Positions 13,778 through 27,995 of a stretch of 64,000 nt of DNA are shown one piece after another; position 1 is the first letter of the stretch; each line of letters begins with the position of its first letter. The notes under the pieces were generated by a model. The model saw only the letters and a list, made by a program, of their open reading frames with translations, had not been told where the DNA came from and made no database searches. The stretch lies in assembly GCA_000320545.1 (NCBI GenBank), contig ADNK01000096.1:62001-126000 (forward strand), in the 5' to 3' direction. The position numbers were made by a program, and so were the translations under genes. Source of the stretch: Bigelowiella natans CCMP2755 (lineage: Eukaryota > Protista > Cercozoa).

Positions 13778-14920
13778 ATGGCTGCTACCGCAGCCGAGCA
13801 TAGGACTCGCCCCGGATCGCTTCTGGTGGCGTTGTTCGTGTCGCTTGGACTTCTCTTCTTCGTTGGAAGAGGGCCAGGAGATCTACTTGGAGGCGAGGGA
13901 GGTCGCAGGGATGCAAATGATGGACGATATGTGGTATACCGCGCACAACACCGCTATCGTGTGCATATATTTTAGCCGACGGCGATGCGCTTGAGTGATG
14001 ACCTTGTTTTTTCGCTTGCCTAGACACATGTGATTTGCGCTCACTAATCAAGCATTTGCGGCCGTGGTTACCATTTGTAGATCCGGAGAGCGGGCGGACC
14101 GCACTTAAAGGCGAATTTCGCACGTGTACACAGACGGGGCGCGCTGCCGCCGAAACTTCTTTTTGGCGGAGGCGATGGCAGCAATGGTGACAATTGTGAA
14201 AGTGGGGGGGAGAGACAAGAGGGTCGTGCGGAACAAACAGAGGTATACTTGCTAAAATAGTGGAAGGCAAGAAATATCATCTCGCTGTGCTCGTCCTCAC
14301 TCATAGTTGTTTGTAGCCAAGGAGTAAGTGATTTCAGCTTTAACAATGCAATGAATGATAAGACCTGAAATTTTTCCATATCATGAACACCCTTCGGATG
14401 ACGATTTGCCACATAATCGGGCCTGAAATCATCCGAAAACAGTCACCCACTTAGATGTAGATCTTGAATGCAAGCGAACCCCTTTTCTCCACATCCCACC
14501 GTTGGCTCTGATGGGGAGCATTGACAAATATTCAGAGCTCCATTCCGACTGCTCCTGGAGAAGTGGAAACTCGAAAAGTAGAGGAGGAAGAAGAAGGACC
14601 GTTTGGAACAGCATCATCTGACACCATTCAGGTTGTTGCTCCTCCAGCTCCCGTTTCGTCCCCCCTCACACCCTAGCTGCAGATTTCATTTCGTCTGCAT
14701 TGAATGCTAATCGGAGTGACGGAGATGGTAATATCGTCTGGTTGGTTTCAGGCGCTAGCTCAGCAGCTCAAAGAAGAGCTTCAGCTTGGAGAAGAGGCCG
14801 AAGATCTTATCCGAAACAACAAAAAGGAGGAACTTGCGGCCCTCATTAGGTGGATGATTTCGTCTCTTTTTCACTTACCCAAGACGACCATTTAAGACCT
14901 GCATTCTCCAATTTTGAAAA

Positions 14921-14954
<34 letters not shown>

Positions 14955-15377
14955 CAGTGGAGATGGTGGTGTTGATAGCAAAGATATTGATCGTCTTCCC
15001 TCCCTTTTCTCTGTGTGCATGTGAAACGACGATTAGATCCCAACGACAGAAGCTTATCACTGGAGAGTTAAAGAATGAACATAATGGCGACAAGAATGTC
15101 AATGAAGGGGGCTCCGCAACAAAATCACCTCCCCTCTCCTCCAAACCCTCCTCCCTCAAATCTTACGATATCTGCGACGAGGGAGGGGACCGACGAGAAA
15201 TGGTTTCTGGCCAAATGGCTAGTGAATTTGTCGAGACCATTCGGGATGAACCCGAGAATTTCAAGGTGTGCGCAAACTTTCTTCTGATGGTTCCAATCCC
15301 ATTTTGACATTCGCGGTGACTTCTTCCCCCCCCCCCCCTTTTTTTTTTTTCCCCTCCCCCCCCCCCCCCCTCCTCCC

Positions 15378-15412
<35 letters not shown>

Positions 15413-16923
15413 TGTGTGCGAGTATCTGAATGCAATTGTAAACACTTAATGACGGCGTCAGAGTGTAAAGCTGAGCGGGAAGAGCCTCGGAGCTGAAGCA
15501 GCAGGCGTATTTGCTGAGGTGTTCAAGAAATGCTCCAACTTGAAAACGGTTAGAGTGAGTGAGTGAGTGTGTGTGTGTGTGTGGGGGTGTGCGTGCGAGT
15601 CATTGGTTTCCTTATCGTGTTATTCTTGGCCGCCCGGTCGTTCATTGGATCGAATGAACACGTGGTGTTTCGTGATCGCTAAATGCCTTGGTCAGTGGTA
15701 GCCTCCTGCTGCCGATGGTCTGCCTGCTACCGTCTTGTTGGATTACCATGCATGCACATGGCGGCAATGAACGGTCGAGATGAATGATGGGGGAGGGGCA
15801 AATGAATGGTGTTGATGTGTGGTGAAATGATGATGATGATGGTGATGATGATCACACAATATCAAGGTCGACCTGTCTGATTGTATCGCTGGGCGGCAAG
15901 AGGATGACGCTCACGACGCCCTGGAGATTCTCGCTGACTCCGTGGAAAACCACACCCTCATCGAGTAAGTATATTCTGATTGTGGGCAATCAATCAATCG
16001 TCGCAGCAGCTGGCCTCGTTCGGATGTGTGTCCAACCCCAGCGACGAAGTGCGCTCATTCTTAGTCCACCCTCTTCTCCTCCTTCCGTCCCCCAACTCCT
16101 CCTCATCTCTTCTCTCCGGCCTTCGCTTCCCCCCCTCCTCCTGTAGGAACGTGTGGTTGAACGACAATGCGCTCGGGGACAACGGAATCAGACGCGTGCG
16201 CCACTTGCTGCAAAACCGTCCGAATTTGCAAGAACTTGGCCTCGCGAACACAGGTTTCCCTCTAGATGAATCGACAGATCCAAATAGTGAGGGGAGGGGA
16301 GGGGAGGGGGTGGGGGGGCGATTCTAAGCTGCTTTCATCAGCTGCGTATGCATCTTTTGATACAAGAACAAAAAGCGAACATCGGATGACATCGGGGGTC
16401 AACCATGTCAATCATGAGGAAAGCAGCACTTGCTAGCGAGCACCCTCGCGAGTGATGGCGCAGCGCCATCGAGCAAATCTGATTGTTTCCCCCTTTTTTG
16501 CCGAACGAAGCATCCACTTCTCTACTGCTCCACCTTAAGAATTAAAAAAATGATTTAATAGCTATAACAGTAATTATTATAGTAATGATGGTGATGGTAA
16601 TGATGATGATAATGATAATAGGAATGCAGAGACCGGCGGTGCAGCTCGTGAAGGAGATGGTTCTCAACGCAAGCAATCCCTCGAAGCTAAGAGTCATCGA
16701 AATGCACAAGAATCTGCTCACCACCGAGGGAACGAAGGAGCTCGCGGAACTCGTCAGTCACTCGCCAAAGCTCGAGGTTACTGCAGCAGCACTGATTTTA
16801 TTCTCGTCATAACAAAGTGTTTCGAGACATTTAAAGTAGCGACCATCCGATTTCTTAGTCGAAGCGAGATAAAGCGTAATTACGAATGTTATATATATAT
16901 ATATATATATTTATTTATTTATT

Positions 16924-16962
<39 letters not shown>

Positions 16963-17411
16963 TTGTAGTATATGTAGCTTAGTCCATCATGCGGATGTTG
17001 ATGGGTATGTTTTTCTCCTCCACGTTTTGCAATTAAAGGTATTAACCATACGGCAGTCAAGAGTCACTGAAGGTACCCCCCCCCCCTCCCTAACACAATC
17101 ATCATCACTGCGTTCAAATTATGCTCATTATTGATATCTCGTCTTGTAAAGAGTTTTGGATTTGCGTTGGATTTTGATCGGAGCAAATACTATGTATAAG
17201 CTGTTGTCGGTCGGCTAATTGATTTATTGATCGATGCTGCAGAGGGCGCGGAGGCTCTGTTCAAAGGGCTTCTCTCAACTACATTGCTCAAAGAACTCGA
17301 CTTCAGGTAATGGTGATAATGATGATGCACACGGCGTTGTCTTTCCCTCACAATCTCTGGAATGGCCTTTTCCTTTTTGTTTTTTCCTTCAAGCTTTTCC
17401 TTTTTGTCTCC

Positions 17412-17454
<43 letters not shown>

Positions 17455-19096
17455 TAGCATTTTTTTTTCCAATTTATCATCGTCGCTATTACTATGATCT
17501 TCACCATCGTCGTCGTTTTGCTCGGCATCCATCGCACTTATCAGGTACAACAACATCGGTGACACCACGATCGAGCTTCTCGCAGCTGTCATCGCCCAGC
17601 AAACAGATCTTCAGGTTGAGCATAGTGTTTAGGATAGATATACGGTGTTGCTGTTCTGGCCTTGGGAGAGGCTTTTCGTGTTTGATGATATGCTTTTCAT
17701 TCGTTTGTTATCCCAGCATGGAGTTCATAATATCATATCTTCTTCTCATATCCCCCCCCCCCTCCCCCCTTCCCCCGTCCTCCCCAGGCGATACGCATTG
17801 GTGGCACGAATATAAGGGGGAAGCTGTTTCCTCGCATCAACGGCGTGATCACAGCAACCGCTTCGCAGCTGAAGGAGTACGCTGTCTCGGACACGTCGAT
17901 ATCTGGCGATGAAACCGGGGATTTTCTCCACAGAATCTCTGCTTTAAAGAATCTGGAGATCTTGAATATGGAGGAAAATACGCTCAGAACAGGGGGAGCG
18001 AAGACTCTCGCTGCATTTATTGCTAACGGAACCTTTCCGAAGCTCAAAGTCCTCAACGTCAAAGACAATATGGTCAGCAGAGCCTCGCTTGCCCCCCGCC
18101 CCCCTTTCCACCACCACCCCCTCTCCTCTCCTTCTCTTACCTTGTATGGTATTTGAGGGAGGAGGAAGGACTTGTTGCTCTCACTATTCAGTCTAGATGA
18201 GTCGTTTATTGATGAAAAGTGTTTTCGTCATCGTCGTTTGCTGCTGTTGCTCCACCGCCACCACTACCACAGATCAGCTCAGCAGGCGCTCTGGAGATCT
18301 CGAAAGCTGTTTGCAAGCTCAGAGGCTTCGAGCGTCTGGAGATGGATTTCAACTACCTGTCTGAATGGGTGATCGCCGAGATTGAAAGTAACCATCCACC
18401 AGCCCATCTCTTTTGAACATCACTTTCTATGATGTGTAGTAGAATCACACGAACGCACGCACACGCACACACAGCACATTGATTTAGTGTCCTCAATGAT
18501 TTCCACTGCTCTTAATGACGACGATGATGCCGACGATGATGATTTGATGGTGGATCTGGCTGAGAGAGCGACTGTAACGATGATAACTAAACAGAGATAT
18601 TCGCGGATGCAAAGATGCCGGATAGCTGCTTAGGAGAACTGGACTTCAACGATCCTGAGATGGACGAGGACGATGTGGACGACGGAGGGGGGGGGGGAGA
18701 GGCTGCAGACAATCAAGACGGGAAGGGTGGGGAGGAGGACGAGGGCGAGAAGAGTGCGGATTCACCTGCTGAGCAAGGAGGAGGAGAGGTGTGGTGAACA
18801 CTCTTCATGACGAAATTACCATTTTCTATGATCCCTAGACGACAACAGAAGAGAGACATGTGTATGTGTTGGGGAGATTCGAGCTTTTTCCATGATGTAT
18901 GCTTTAAAACTGTAGACGTACTGGCGTCGAGCAAATCCATTTGGTTTTGTTTTCCGACGAGTACGTGGATGATAATGATTAATGATGTGGTCAGGACTCC
19001 GGGGAAGACGAGGCAGTCATGAGGGAGTTCGAGCAAATGGCTTTGAATGGATCGTTCATAGGGGGCGCAAATCAGCCCAACCCCAACTTCAATTAG
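13778..19096 (+). CDS. RanGAP: Ran GTPase-activating protein (LRR, plant/green-like) with N-terminal hydrophobic signal; multi-exon
   Basis: VKLSGKSLGAEAA, VDLSDCIAGR, LNDNALGDNGIR, further LRRs, and LGELDFNDPE followed by an acidic tail match RanGAP. Exons 1-3 join in phase 0, adding the leader MAATAAEHRTRPGSLLVALFVSLGLLFFVG. Confidence 0.88.
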
Positions 19097-19605
19097 ATGT
19101 CGTTGATAATCCCATATGTGCTGATGTGACGCTTTCACATGTGCACCCGAGAAATTCATGACTGAAACCAGAGTGGCTATGGCGGCATGATGAGCGTTTG
19201 TATATTTGCGGGTGATCATCTCAAAACAGCGCATGCATTGTTGCTGCGCGCGGCTAGCTACTGATGCATTCTGTTCTTTGTTTTTTATTGCTGACAGCAC
19301 ACAGGCACGCATGTGAATGCATGTTGTTGCATATGACGCAGTTCTGTTAGTGGGTGTATGGTAGCAGTCTATGCGAGCGAGATTCTACGTGTCGCAATTA
19401 CGATGCCGAGACTTCCCAATCGCTTTCATTTGCAAACGCTATTGTGCATGTGTAATGACCATAAGCTTGATGATATCTATGCAAATACATGTGGTAACGA
19501 CGTCAGGGCCATCATTGTGGCGTCATGATCCGCAACTAGACGAGGGGCTGTGATGCATTGAAGCTCGTGGGCAAGCTTCGCACTCACAATTTATAAGCGG
19601 CATCA

Positions 19606-19706
19606 TCATTTCAATCTTCCTGTTCCTATGTCAACAGTGATGGAATTTTGGCAGTACCTAAGGAGAATGAACGAACCGTTAGGGAATGACCTCGCAATTC
19701 GAGGCA

Positions 19707-19770
<64 letters not shown>

Positions 19771-22700
19771 CAAATGAAGCATTACGGGCACTTGCCAAAC
19801 AACGTCTGGAAACTCTGCTGAGTTGTTGGGATCGCCCTCAGCCATTCCACGAGACATGATCTTAATGGATAGATAGGCGGGGGAACATAATCAGCGAAGA
19901 TTTGATTGATGCATAGCACGAGTAAATGCACGGAAGGGGGAGGAGAAGGAGGAGGAGGAGGAGGAGGAGGAGGAGGAGGAGAGCCTTCCAGCCTCGATGA
20001 GATATGATTGTTGTTTCTTCAGCATTGTTCCCACTGTGACGTAACGCGCTCCCACCTATGGAAAGGCCTGCCGCACTTGACGTCATCGCATATCCGATCC
20101 GGTGTTTCACCTAATAATAGTGCCGCACGCGATGATGGTAACTGCAACCACAGCAACAGCTGCGAACCCCTCCCATAGATCTACTGCAAGGCACCTGCTT
20201 CAGATGATCCTGCAGCAGGCTCCAATCGATACGAATAACAAATACTGCACTCCTGGTAAGATTACGAGGGGCGTGAGATATCTACATGGAGATGAATGAA
20301 TCGCTCTCTCAATGCGTCATTACTATTATGACACGACAGCAGATCAAATACTCTGCGAACGTGTAAGTGTAAATGCGTACAGCTCGCATCATTATCCGAG
20401 CTAGTTCGTTAATTCAACGCGTTCTCACGCACGCAGACGACCAGTTCAAAGTCTTCTGTCTCAGTAGCTCGAGCTTCAGGAAACTTAATCTTCCAAAATA
20501 TTTTCAGAGATTTAGTTAAGGTGTGATTGTGTGTAGAAGAATATCCTCCTCCCCTCCTCCTCCTCCTCCTTCTCATCATGATGACCTTTGTTAGTTAGCA
20601 CCTCCATCATTATCAATACCTCCAATAAATCTTCGAGATTTTTCCTTGGGAGTTGGTCGGCTCGCCATTTGGTCTGATGATGATGATGATGATGATGATG
20701 ATGAGAGAATGGGAAGAAGAAGAAGAAGAAGAAGAAGAAGAAGAAGAAGAAGAAACCGAGAGGCGAGGCATGTGGCGAACTGGTAAGATGTAGACATAAA
20801 AATGTATGATGTTTTTCTTGAGATTGCAGGGTAGAGTAATAGGAGTTTCTGCGCGAGTTTTTGTGCGTGCATGCCTGTGTGTGTGCGCGCGTTATAGTGA
20901 GGAAGAGAGGTGGAGGAAGATGATACACATTATTATACGTGTTTTATGCATTTTAACTATGGATATTGACGACATCTACCGCGTTTCTATTGAGCTTTTG
21001 CATCAATGCCCCTTTATTGTGGTGAGTCCATCATTGCGATGATATGAGTTGTTAAGTGAATAAATACACACATACATGCATGCACACATAAACAAACGAC
21101 TAGGGGATATCCATCGATTCAAGGAAGGCTCGTCGGTTGCCCACAACCAGATCGGCAGCGCACACACGCCACCCTCCCCCCCTCCCCCCCTCCCCCCCTC
21201 CCCCCCGCACCTGTGAACTCCTCCGAACCGAGAAACCGTATCTCGCATAAGCCCATAGGGCGGTGAGGATCGATTTCAAGCTTACATAAAATCAGGGAAA
21301 ACAGCAGCAACAACAAGAATAAAAAAAGGAGGAGGAAAAATCGTGAGGAGTAGTACTGTCCTTGGTACAGTGCAATGCTCGACAAGGCTAGAGAGGTAGT
21401 TGCGGTGGGTAGATTCCCAAAAACTTATATCTATTACTTGGACGGAGCAGTGTCGCTGCAGAACAATGCGGCGCGTGGTGCACGACCTGATAGTAGCAGT
21501 AGCAGTAAGGAGTAGTAGTAGTAGTAGTGGTAGTAAGTAGTAGTATTAGTAGTAGTAGTAGTAGTAGAAGTAAGTAGTAGTAGTCCCGCACAACGACACG
21601 AGCTCAGCTGCTGTCAAAGAGCTTGCTCGCATTGATAGTAGAGCTGCCACTACTGGCCGCTATTCCTGCTGTTACTACTGCTGCTACTAGTGTGTTAAGA
21701 GTCACCGAGAAGCGTTGAGGGGTTCCAGCACACACGTATGCTTTGCAAACAAGTTATGATGACAGAGACTCAGAAGAGCATCATTTGTTTGAATGAAAGA
21801 CCAGCTTTGATCGTTTGTCGAGTACATTTCAGGCAAGAGGCCCCATCTATATCAATAAGAATGACCCCACCCTAGCACTAACCCCCCCCCCCGCCCGCCC
21901 CCTGCCACCACCACCAACAATAACAACGGCGACAACGACGAGACAAACCTGGTCGATGTCTTCTACTGCCCTCCAGAAATCGTGGTACGTATCGAAACGA
22001 CTCTAGCAAACATGATTGATCGTGGCGGTTACGAGGAGGAGGATAGCAGAGTTGGGAGGCGCTAGCTAAAACCAGCTTACTATGTAGCTATAATAAGTGG
22101 TATCAGCCAGCGATTTTTGCGACGCTGCATCATCCCAAAGAGGGATGAGAACGGCGACGGTGAGCACGCATATTCAACAACTACTACCCGACATCTTCGC
22201 AGAATCGATGGCAAAGTGCCTCCTTTCGTATCCTCTGGGTCTTCCCTTCCAACGAGCAGGCAAAAGAGGATCAAAAGCAGTCAGGATATAACGAATCAAA
22301 GCATCTACAAATTGGTAAAAGTGACCCCCCCTCTCCCCCTCCCCCCTGCTGCCTCTCCTCCTTACAACCCCTTGGTGACTGGAATGTCCATTAGGGCACG
22401 CGCGTGATCGGAAGGCCACGTAGAAGGTATGATTATCCTGACGACATAGTAAAATTGCAGCGCCTTCTGAGGTGAGGATGATGAGGGAAGAGGGATGATA
22501 GCCGCTACCGGATTTGATGCTTTCGCTCGTTGGAATCCTCCATCTCAACCTTAGGTACGAGAGGAATAAACAATGTCATAAAGAGGAGGCGGAAGTGACC
22601 CTGAGAATTGTTTGGAAGGAAGACTCCAAAGAGGAGGAAGGACTGAACTTACTAGTGCTAAATACAACTACTACTACTTCTGCTACTATTACTGCCACTA

Positions 22701-24276
22701 CTGCTACCGTAAGCTTTGATAAATTGTTATCGATGCTTTTTATGGAGCTCCACCCAATCTGCGCACACAGCAGTATTTCCACAAAGAGATTAGATCATAT
22801 ATGCGGAGGGAGGGCAACGGATATCGTCGCTCGGTCTACTTGAAGAAAAGTGGGTTCATCTTAAAAATAGCACCGCATCTAATTGAGCCATGAGCTTTCG
22901 GAATGACACCGGGCTGAAAAATGACCAATATTACAAGTGGTAGGGACTCGACGGCGACGAAGCGCAAATTAGACTGGTGATGAAGAAGCAAAACAGAGTG
23001 TGACATTTTTCTCGAAGGAAACCGACCGAAGGGCATCTATATTGGCTCGATTGACCTTCTGTTTTGAGTGTTGATGTCGGGGAATTTCCCACTCCTTTTC
23101 GTCGATGATGATTTAAGTTCGCCAAAGGCGAATGAAATCTGGGCTGCAGTTGTCATTGCATGCTCCGTGATCTCCCTTAGCTCACGAATGAATTCTCTCA
23201 AGTTCTGCACAATATCGAGGATATTTTAGCTCAAAGGTGCGATCAATGGACTCTTCTGTTTAGCAACAAGCACTGATATGATACCTGTGACTGCTTGAAT
23301 CTTTGTTTTATGAGCCTCTGATGTGATTCTGTCAGTCGAAATAATTCCTTGTCGCATTCGAAGATTGCACCTTCCAGTGACCTACAAGCTGGATCCTCCT
23401 GAGGGATGGCGTGCAGGGAGTGGAGGAGGAAGAAGGAAGGGGGGGGATAAATTATTATATCTGTGGTGAGGAATGAGTTCTTATGAATTAAGTACTGAGA
23501 GCTCGCATGATGCTTCTTCTTCTTCTTGTTCCTTTATGGGGCAATCCGGGAACACAATTCGAAACCAGAATTCGCTGAGAGGGGAGGCGTTGTGGAAAAC
23601 GATGATAAATCAGAGTCCCAAGTTATTCGTCTGATCGGTTGTGCATTCCTCACCTTTGTTTGATACTAAAGCATCCCCTAAAGGAGTTGAAGGTGGTATC
23701 CTCGGGGACCAAGAATTCGAACGCAGGCAGGGAGGTGTAGCTATTCATGTCTATTCACGGCATGAAGGGAAGCTCGAGATTGCTAGCAAGGATATCTTTC
23801 TCATACTATTGTTCTGTTCTAATGTATCTTTTGCCTCACTAGAAGAGGAATGCTGGCAGGGTAACCAGACTGCGTCCCCAGGGGAGGGGCGACGCACTGA
23901 TCACTTCGCCGACTGGTAGTGTTGTTCCGAAGAGGGCCGATAAGTGCACCAACTGTACCGAATACAACAAGGATTTTCTTCCTGCGACATTGCAAAATTT
24001 TCAAAGAAAAAGGAGTATCAGAGACGGAGTCAACGAATGGATTTGTATGAAATATCCCGCTCATTTATTATTTTTATTCTTGCGGTAAATCTCAATTTTG
24101 CATCGGCAATTTGTTGTTTCTGTTGTCGTAGCAATGTGGAAATTCCTGGTTGTGGCTGGTGATGATTGTTGTTTTTGTTGTAGCTTTATAGCGGTTGTTT
24201 CCCCGATCAAAACCACCCAAAACCGGCCGCGGACGGTCTCGTCTTCACCAGATTTTCCAGATTTATTTCCGTCCAT
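19606..24276 (-). CDS. FANCL: E3 ubiquitin ligase FANCL (ELF-DRWD-RING); multi-exon, start codon tentative
   Basis: Exons FLVPEDTTFNSFRGCFSIKQSEFWFRIVFP, IGWSSIKSID, FWRAVEDID, HTCVLEP, LEIDPHRPMGLCEIRFLG, ECSICYSYRL, PDRICDDVKCGRPFH, CLVEWLRAIPTTQQSFQTLFGKCP|YCQNSITV follow FANCL domain order. Confidence 0.9.
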
Positions 24277-24501
24277 GTGCGCACCTTTTCCAGTCGCATG
24301 ATCGTTAAATACCTTGTTTTCTTCTGAATATGGACAATATTGAAAGCATCATTCTAGTAGCAGTCGATGCTCAGTTGCTCTGACTGAATCTGAAACAACC
24401 AAGAGCTCATCAACGGAGGACAGAGCGTACGCCACCCACATCCGTCTGTTGTAGGCCCGCCCCTCGGAGGAACCTCGATTTCTGTACTCTGCAGGCAACA
24501 A

Positions 24502-26622
24502 ATGGATCTAGGGGGCTTCCAATACGAAACTCTCTCCAATAAGGAGAGCGCTCTCCTTGGTACGAGAAGGCTTAGGCCCCTATTCCCTGTGGCTTTATTA
24601 CTCGCACTCGTTTATGTTTTATTGACAACGACCACGGGAAGCCTCGTGACACGCCCACAGCGCTCGCACCTACGTAATGGCGTCAGCATTCTGCAATCCC
24701 GTCGAGGACCCGTTCACCTCTTTGAACAGTCGTTAGATCGACTTCGCGGAGGATGCGACGAAACCCCTCGTAAGCTGCTAAGAATTAAGATATTGCTCTA
24801 ACTTTGTTCTCTAATTTATAAATTGTTTCAACACTTTCCAGCGAAAATCAAACCAGTTTTTGGGTCATCAACTTCTAAGGACACAGCATCATCATCAACA
24901 GCAGCAGCATCATCATCTTCGAAAGGAGAGGCGGAAAGCAAGGAAAAGGACAAAGGTATGAGATGTTGGTCCTTCTGAACAAAGCACCACATACGCAAAC
25001 TTATGTACCGATGTTAACCCGATATATGGCTATCTGCAGAATACCCGGAAGTAGATTATGATAAGCAATGGAACATCAAAACAGAAGTAGAGGTGATAAA
25101 TTTTGTCCGTTGATCCCATCTGAATCGCCGCCTTAATGTATCTCATCAACATCCTACTAGCTTCCTGACGTACAATTCACGGGAGAGGGGGAAGAAGACG
25201 TGATCTGGGAATCCAAGGTCAGTGAAATGGGCGTTTAACATTTAGTGGATATATGCTTCAGTAGGAATTTATTTGCGTTGAATTAGTTGACTGCGTCTAC
25301 GAGATCGCCTTCACACACTTGAGATAGATTATCGTTCGTACGTACTCATATGCGTCAACTGATAAAGTTGATATCGCGATGCCCCGCCCCTCCCTCCCCT
25401 CTTAGACGCAGTTATTCCGTATGTCAAACGATTCCGAGTGGAAGCAGCGTGCGGTCGGATCGTGTCGAATGCTAAAGCACAAGGTCCATTCGGTAACTTG
25501 TTTTGCAACCAAATCAGAGTGTGATGGGAAGATGTTACACAGGAAACAGGAAAGATCCGCCTTACCGTGAGAGACAATAAGATTCTCAAGGTATCTTTCC
25601 CTCGAATCAGTTTTGTACTTTTTCTGACTGGCTCGACTTCACCGCTAGATTCGAGCAAATCATTTCATCCTACCTGGAACAGTGGTGGTCCCCCATAAAC
25701 AGTGCTCTACAGCTTTTGTGTACAGGTTGGATAGTGACGATGATGATGACGATGACGACGATGATGATGATGATAATAATGAGGATGATTATTTTAATCG
25801 ACGAAGACAGCAGTGATGATAATTGTGGTTGACGATGATTCGATGGTAACCGTGACGATACGAATGTGTTCGTCGTATCACCAGCACCCCTGATTTCACC
25901 GACGGAGCGTCAAGTAACGCCAGTCTGGAGATATTCTGCTTCAGATTCGAGTCAGTCTCCCCATCATCCCCACCCTATTTTCCTCACCTCTTTTCGCCCC
26001 ATGATGAAAGGCAACGGTATGAAGTGTGTGGTAGCCTGATGATTATGATCCGCCCCATTTTTTTAGAACCGATGAAGAGGCAGCAGGCTTCCAATCCAAC
26101 TTCACGGCAGCTGCCAAACAAAACGAAAAAGTAAGTTGTTTAGTTCTACGAGACGACGACCTTCCTCTTCCACCCCCCCCCCCTCAACAAACGTGGCTTT
26201 TTACTTACTAATCCCCTCGCAGGTCTTCAACTTGGAGCTGGGTGATAATGGAGAGGAGGAGGATGATGAGGATGGAGATGAGGAGCCCGTGGATGATAAA
26301 AAAGACGAAGGTGATGCCGACGGTGACGATGAAGACGATGATGGAGAGAAAGACGGCGATGAGCAAGATAGACCTTATGTTCCTGGACTAAATGAAGGCG
26401 AAGAGGAAGCTGACGAGAGTAAAAAGGAAGAACAGGAGGAACAGGGAAAAGAATCCTCCAAAGTTGTTGACGAACTCACTGGTAAAATGGGCGATGTGCA
26501 GGTCCCTTATATTTTTTTACTGTCTTTGGTTTCTCCGTAGAAGTTCAGATTACAGCCGTGACCGCGAACGACAATCTTTTTGTTTCTAGGTGGATCAGGA
26601 CAAAGAGGGCGCAGAGGAGTAG
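24502..26622 (+). CDS. RanBP1: Ran-binding protein 1 (RanBD) with signal peptide/transit-like leader and acidic tail; multi-exon
   Basis: Spliced TGEGEEDVIWESK|TQLFRM...EWKQRAVGSCRMLKHK|ETGKIRLTVRDNKILK|IRANHFI...AFVYS|TPDFTDG...IFCFRF is a RanBD. Exon 1 has LFPVALLLALVYVLL and RLRGG. Confidence 0.9.
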
Positions 26623-27319
26623 CGGATTTGCAAATAGATCGGTGATTATATTCAAATAGATTATGAACCTCGTGCACGATGCAGGTGCATCCGCATCTCG
26701 ATCATAAACGCGGGTTTCGAGAAATTACTACAATACTAATGTCGTGAAAGAGCGATGTCTCGCATAGATATGCAATACATCAGGGAGCATTTAACTAGCA
26801 AAATAAAAGCCTCTATCTCAACGAATGATAAGAATTCATACACCACATTATTCCTGAATTCAAGTGAAAGGTTATGCATATAGTTGCACCCTTGCTCCTG
26901 AAAAACGCACATGACATACATCACATATGATCATATTAAATTTGCGATGTAACGCGGTTATTGGTGGCTAAATGTGAGCTATATTGTGCACAATTGCCCT
27001 ATGCACTAGCAGCACCTTAGCCTGCAACTGTTTGCAAGTCTATGCTATATGCGACGACGCGGACGGGCATGATAATGCCACGCATGCTAGCTTGCTGCTC
27101 GATCGCGCATGCATAGGCCTCGTCACCAGACACTGACTGTTCACCATTAGCACATTTGCAGCCAAAACGAGTTTGCAATGTGCTGTTTTTTGTTGCGGTG
27201 TTAGAAATCATGTAGTTGCATCGCAGAAGTCGCGGTAGTTTGTCTAATACAAATCGGTAGATGCGATGCTATGATCCAAATTTGTGGTTCAGATTTGTCA
27301 AAGTGGCTGCAGCAAACAC

Positions 27320-27576
27320 TCATTTGCCGACTGCAGCAGCAGCTTTGAGAGATTCTTCGACTCTGGCAGCTGTAGCTGCAAGGGCGGGATCTAAGGGTTC
27401 CTTTTGCTCGCCATCTTCCTTCTTTTCTTCGACCTTGTCCAACTCGTGTCTCTTCCTGAAAAACTGGCGAACAAACGATCACGTCGAAGGGTGAGAGGAG
27501 GCTTCCCACTCATCTCTCCCCCATATCTCTCCTCTCTCCTCTCTTTCCATTCGTTCTCTCTTCGCAGATTTCTCCG

Positions 27577-27610
<34 letters not shown>

Positions 27611-27957
27611 CATATATAATATTCTGTCTTCTGTCAATCTTCCAGCGGCAACAAATCTTGTTGTAGGGGATCTCTGACAGTCTGTTATGAAACGCTGGGT
27701 GGTGACGTGACATACCCTGAGGGTGTAAGCCGCCCAGTGCGAGGGCATCTCCTTGTTGTCTGCAGCCTTCTTGTACCATTTCTCGGCCAACTTCACATTC
27801 TGGCGAGCAGAAACAAAAGCATTTTATCTCTAATGTTAGCACCGAGGGAACAGAGCGTCACCAAATAAGTGTTACCTTTTCTGTCCCTCGCCCATATTCG
27901 TAGCAGATAGAAAGGGAGCGTGCTGCACGTGAGTTTCCAAGCTCTGCACCTTTATAC

Positions 27958-27995
<38 letters not shown>

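Noticed and set aside
6792-22843. Many ORFs with poly-M/H/I/L/S, CVCV or SLSL runs
   Set aside because: Translations of intronic microsatellites or antisense frames, not genes.
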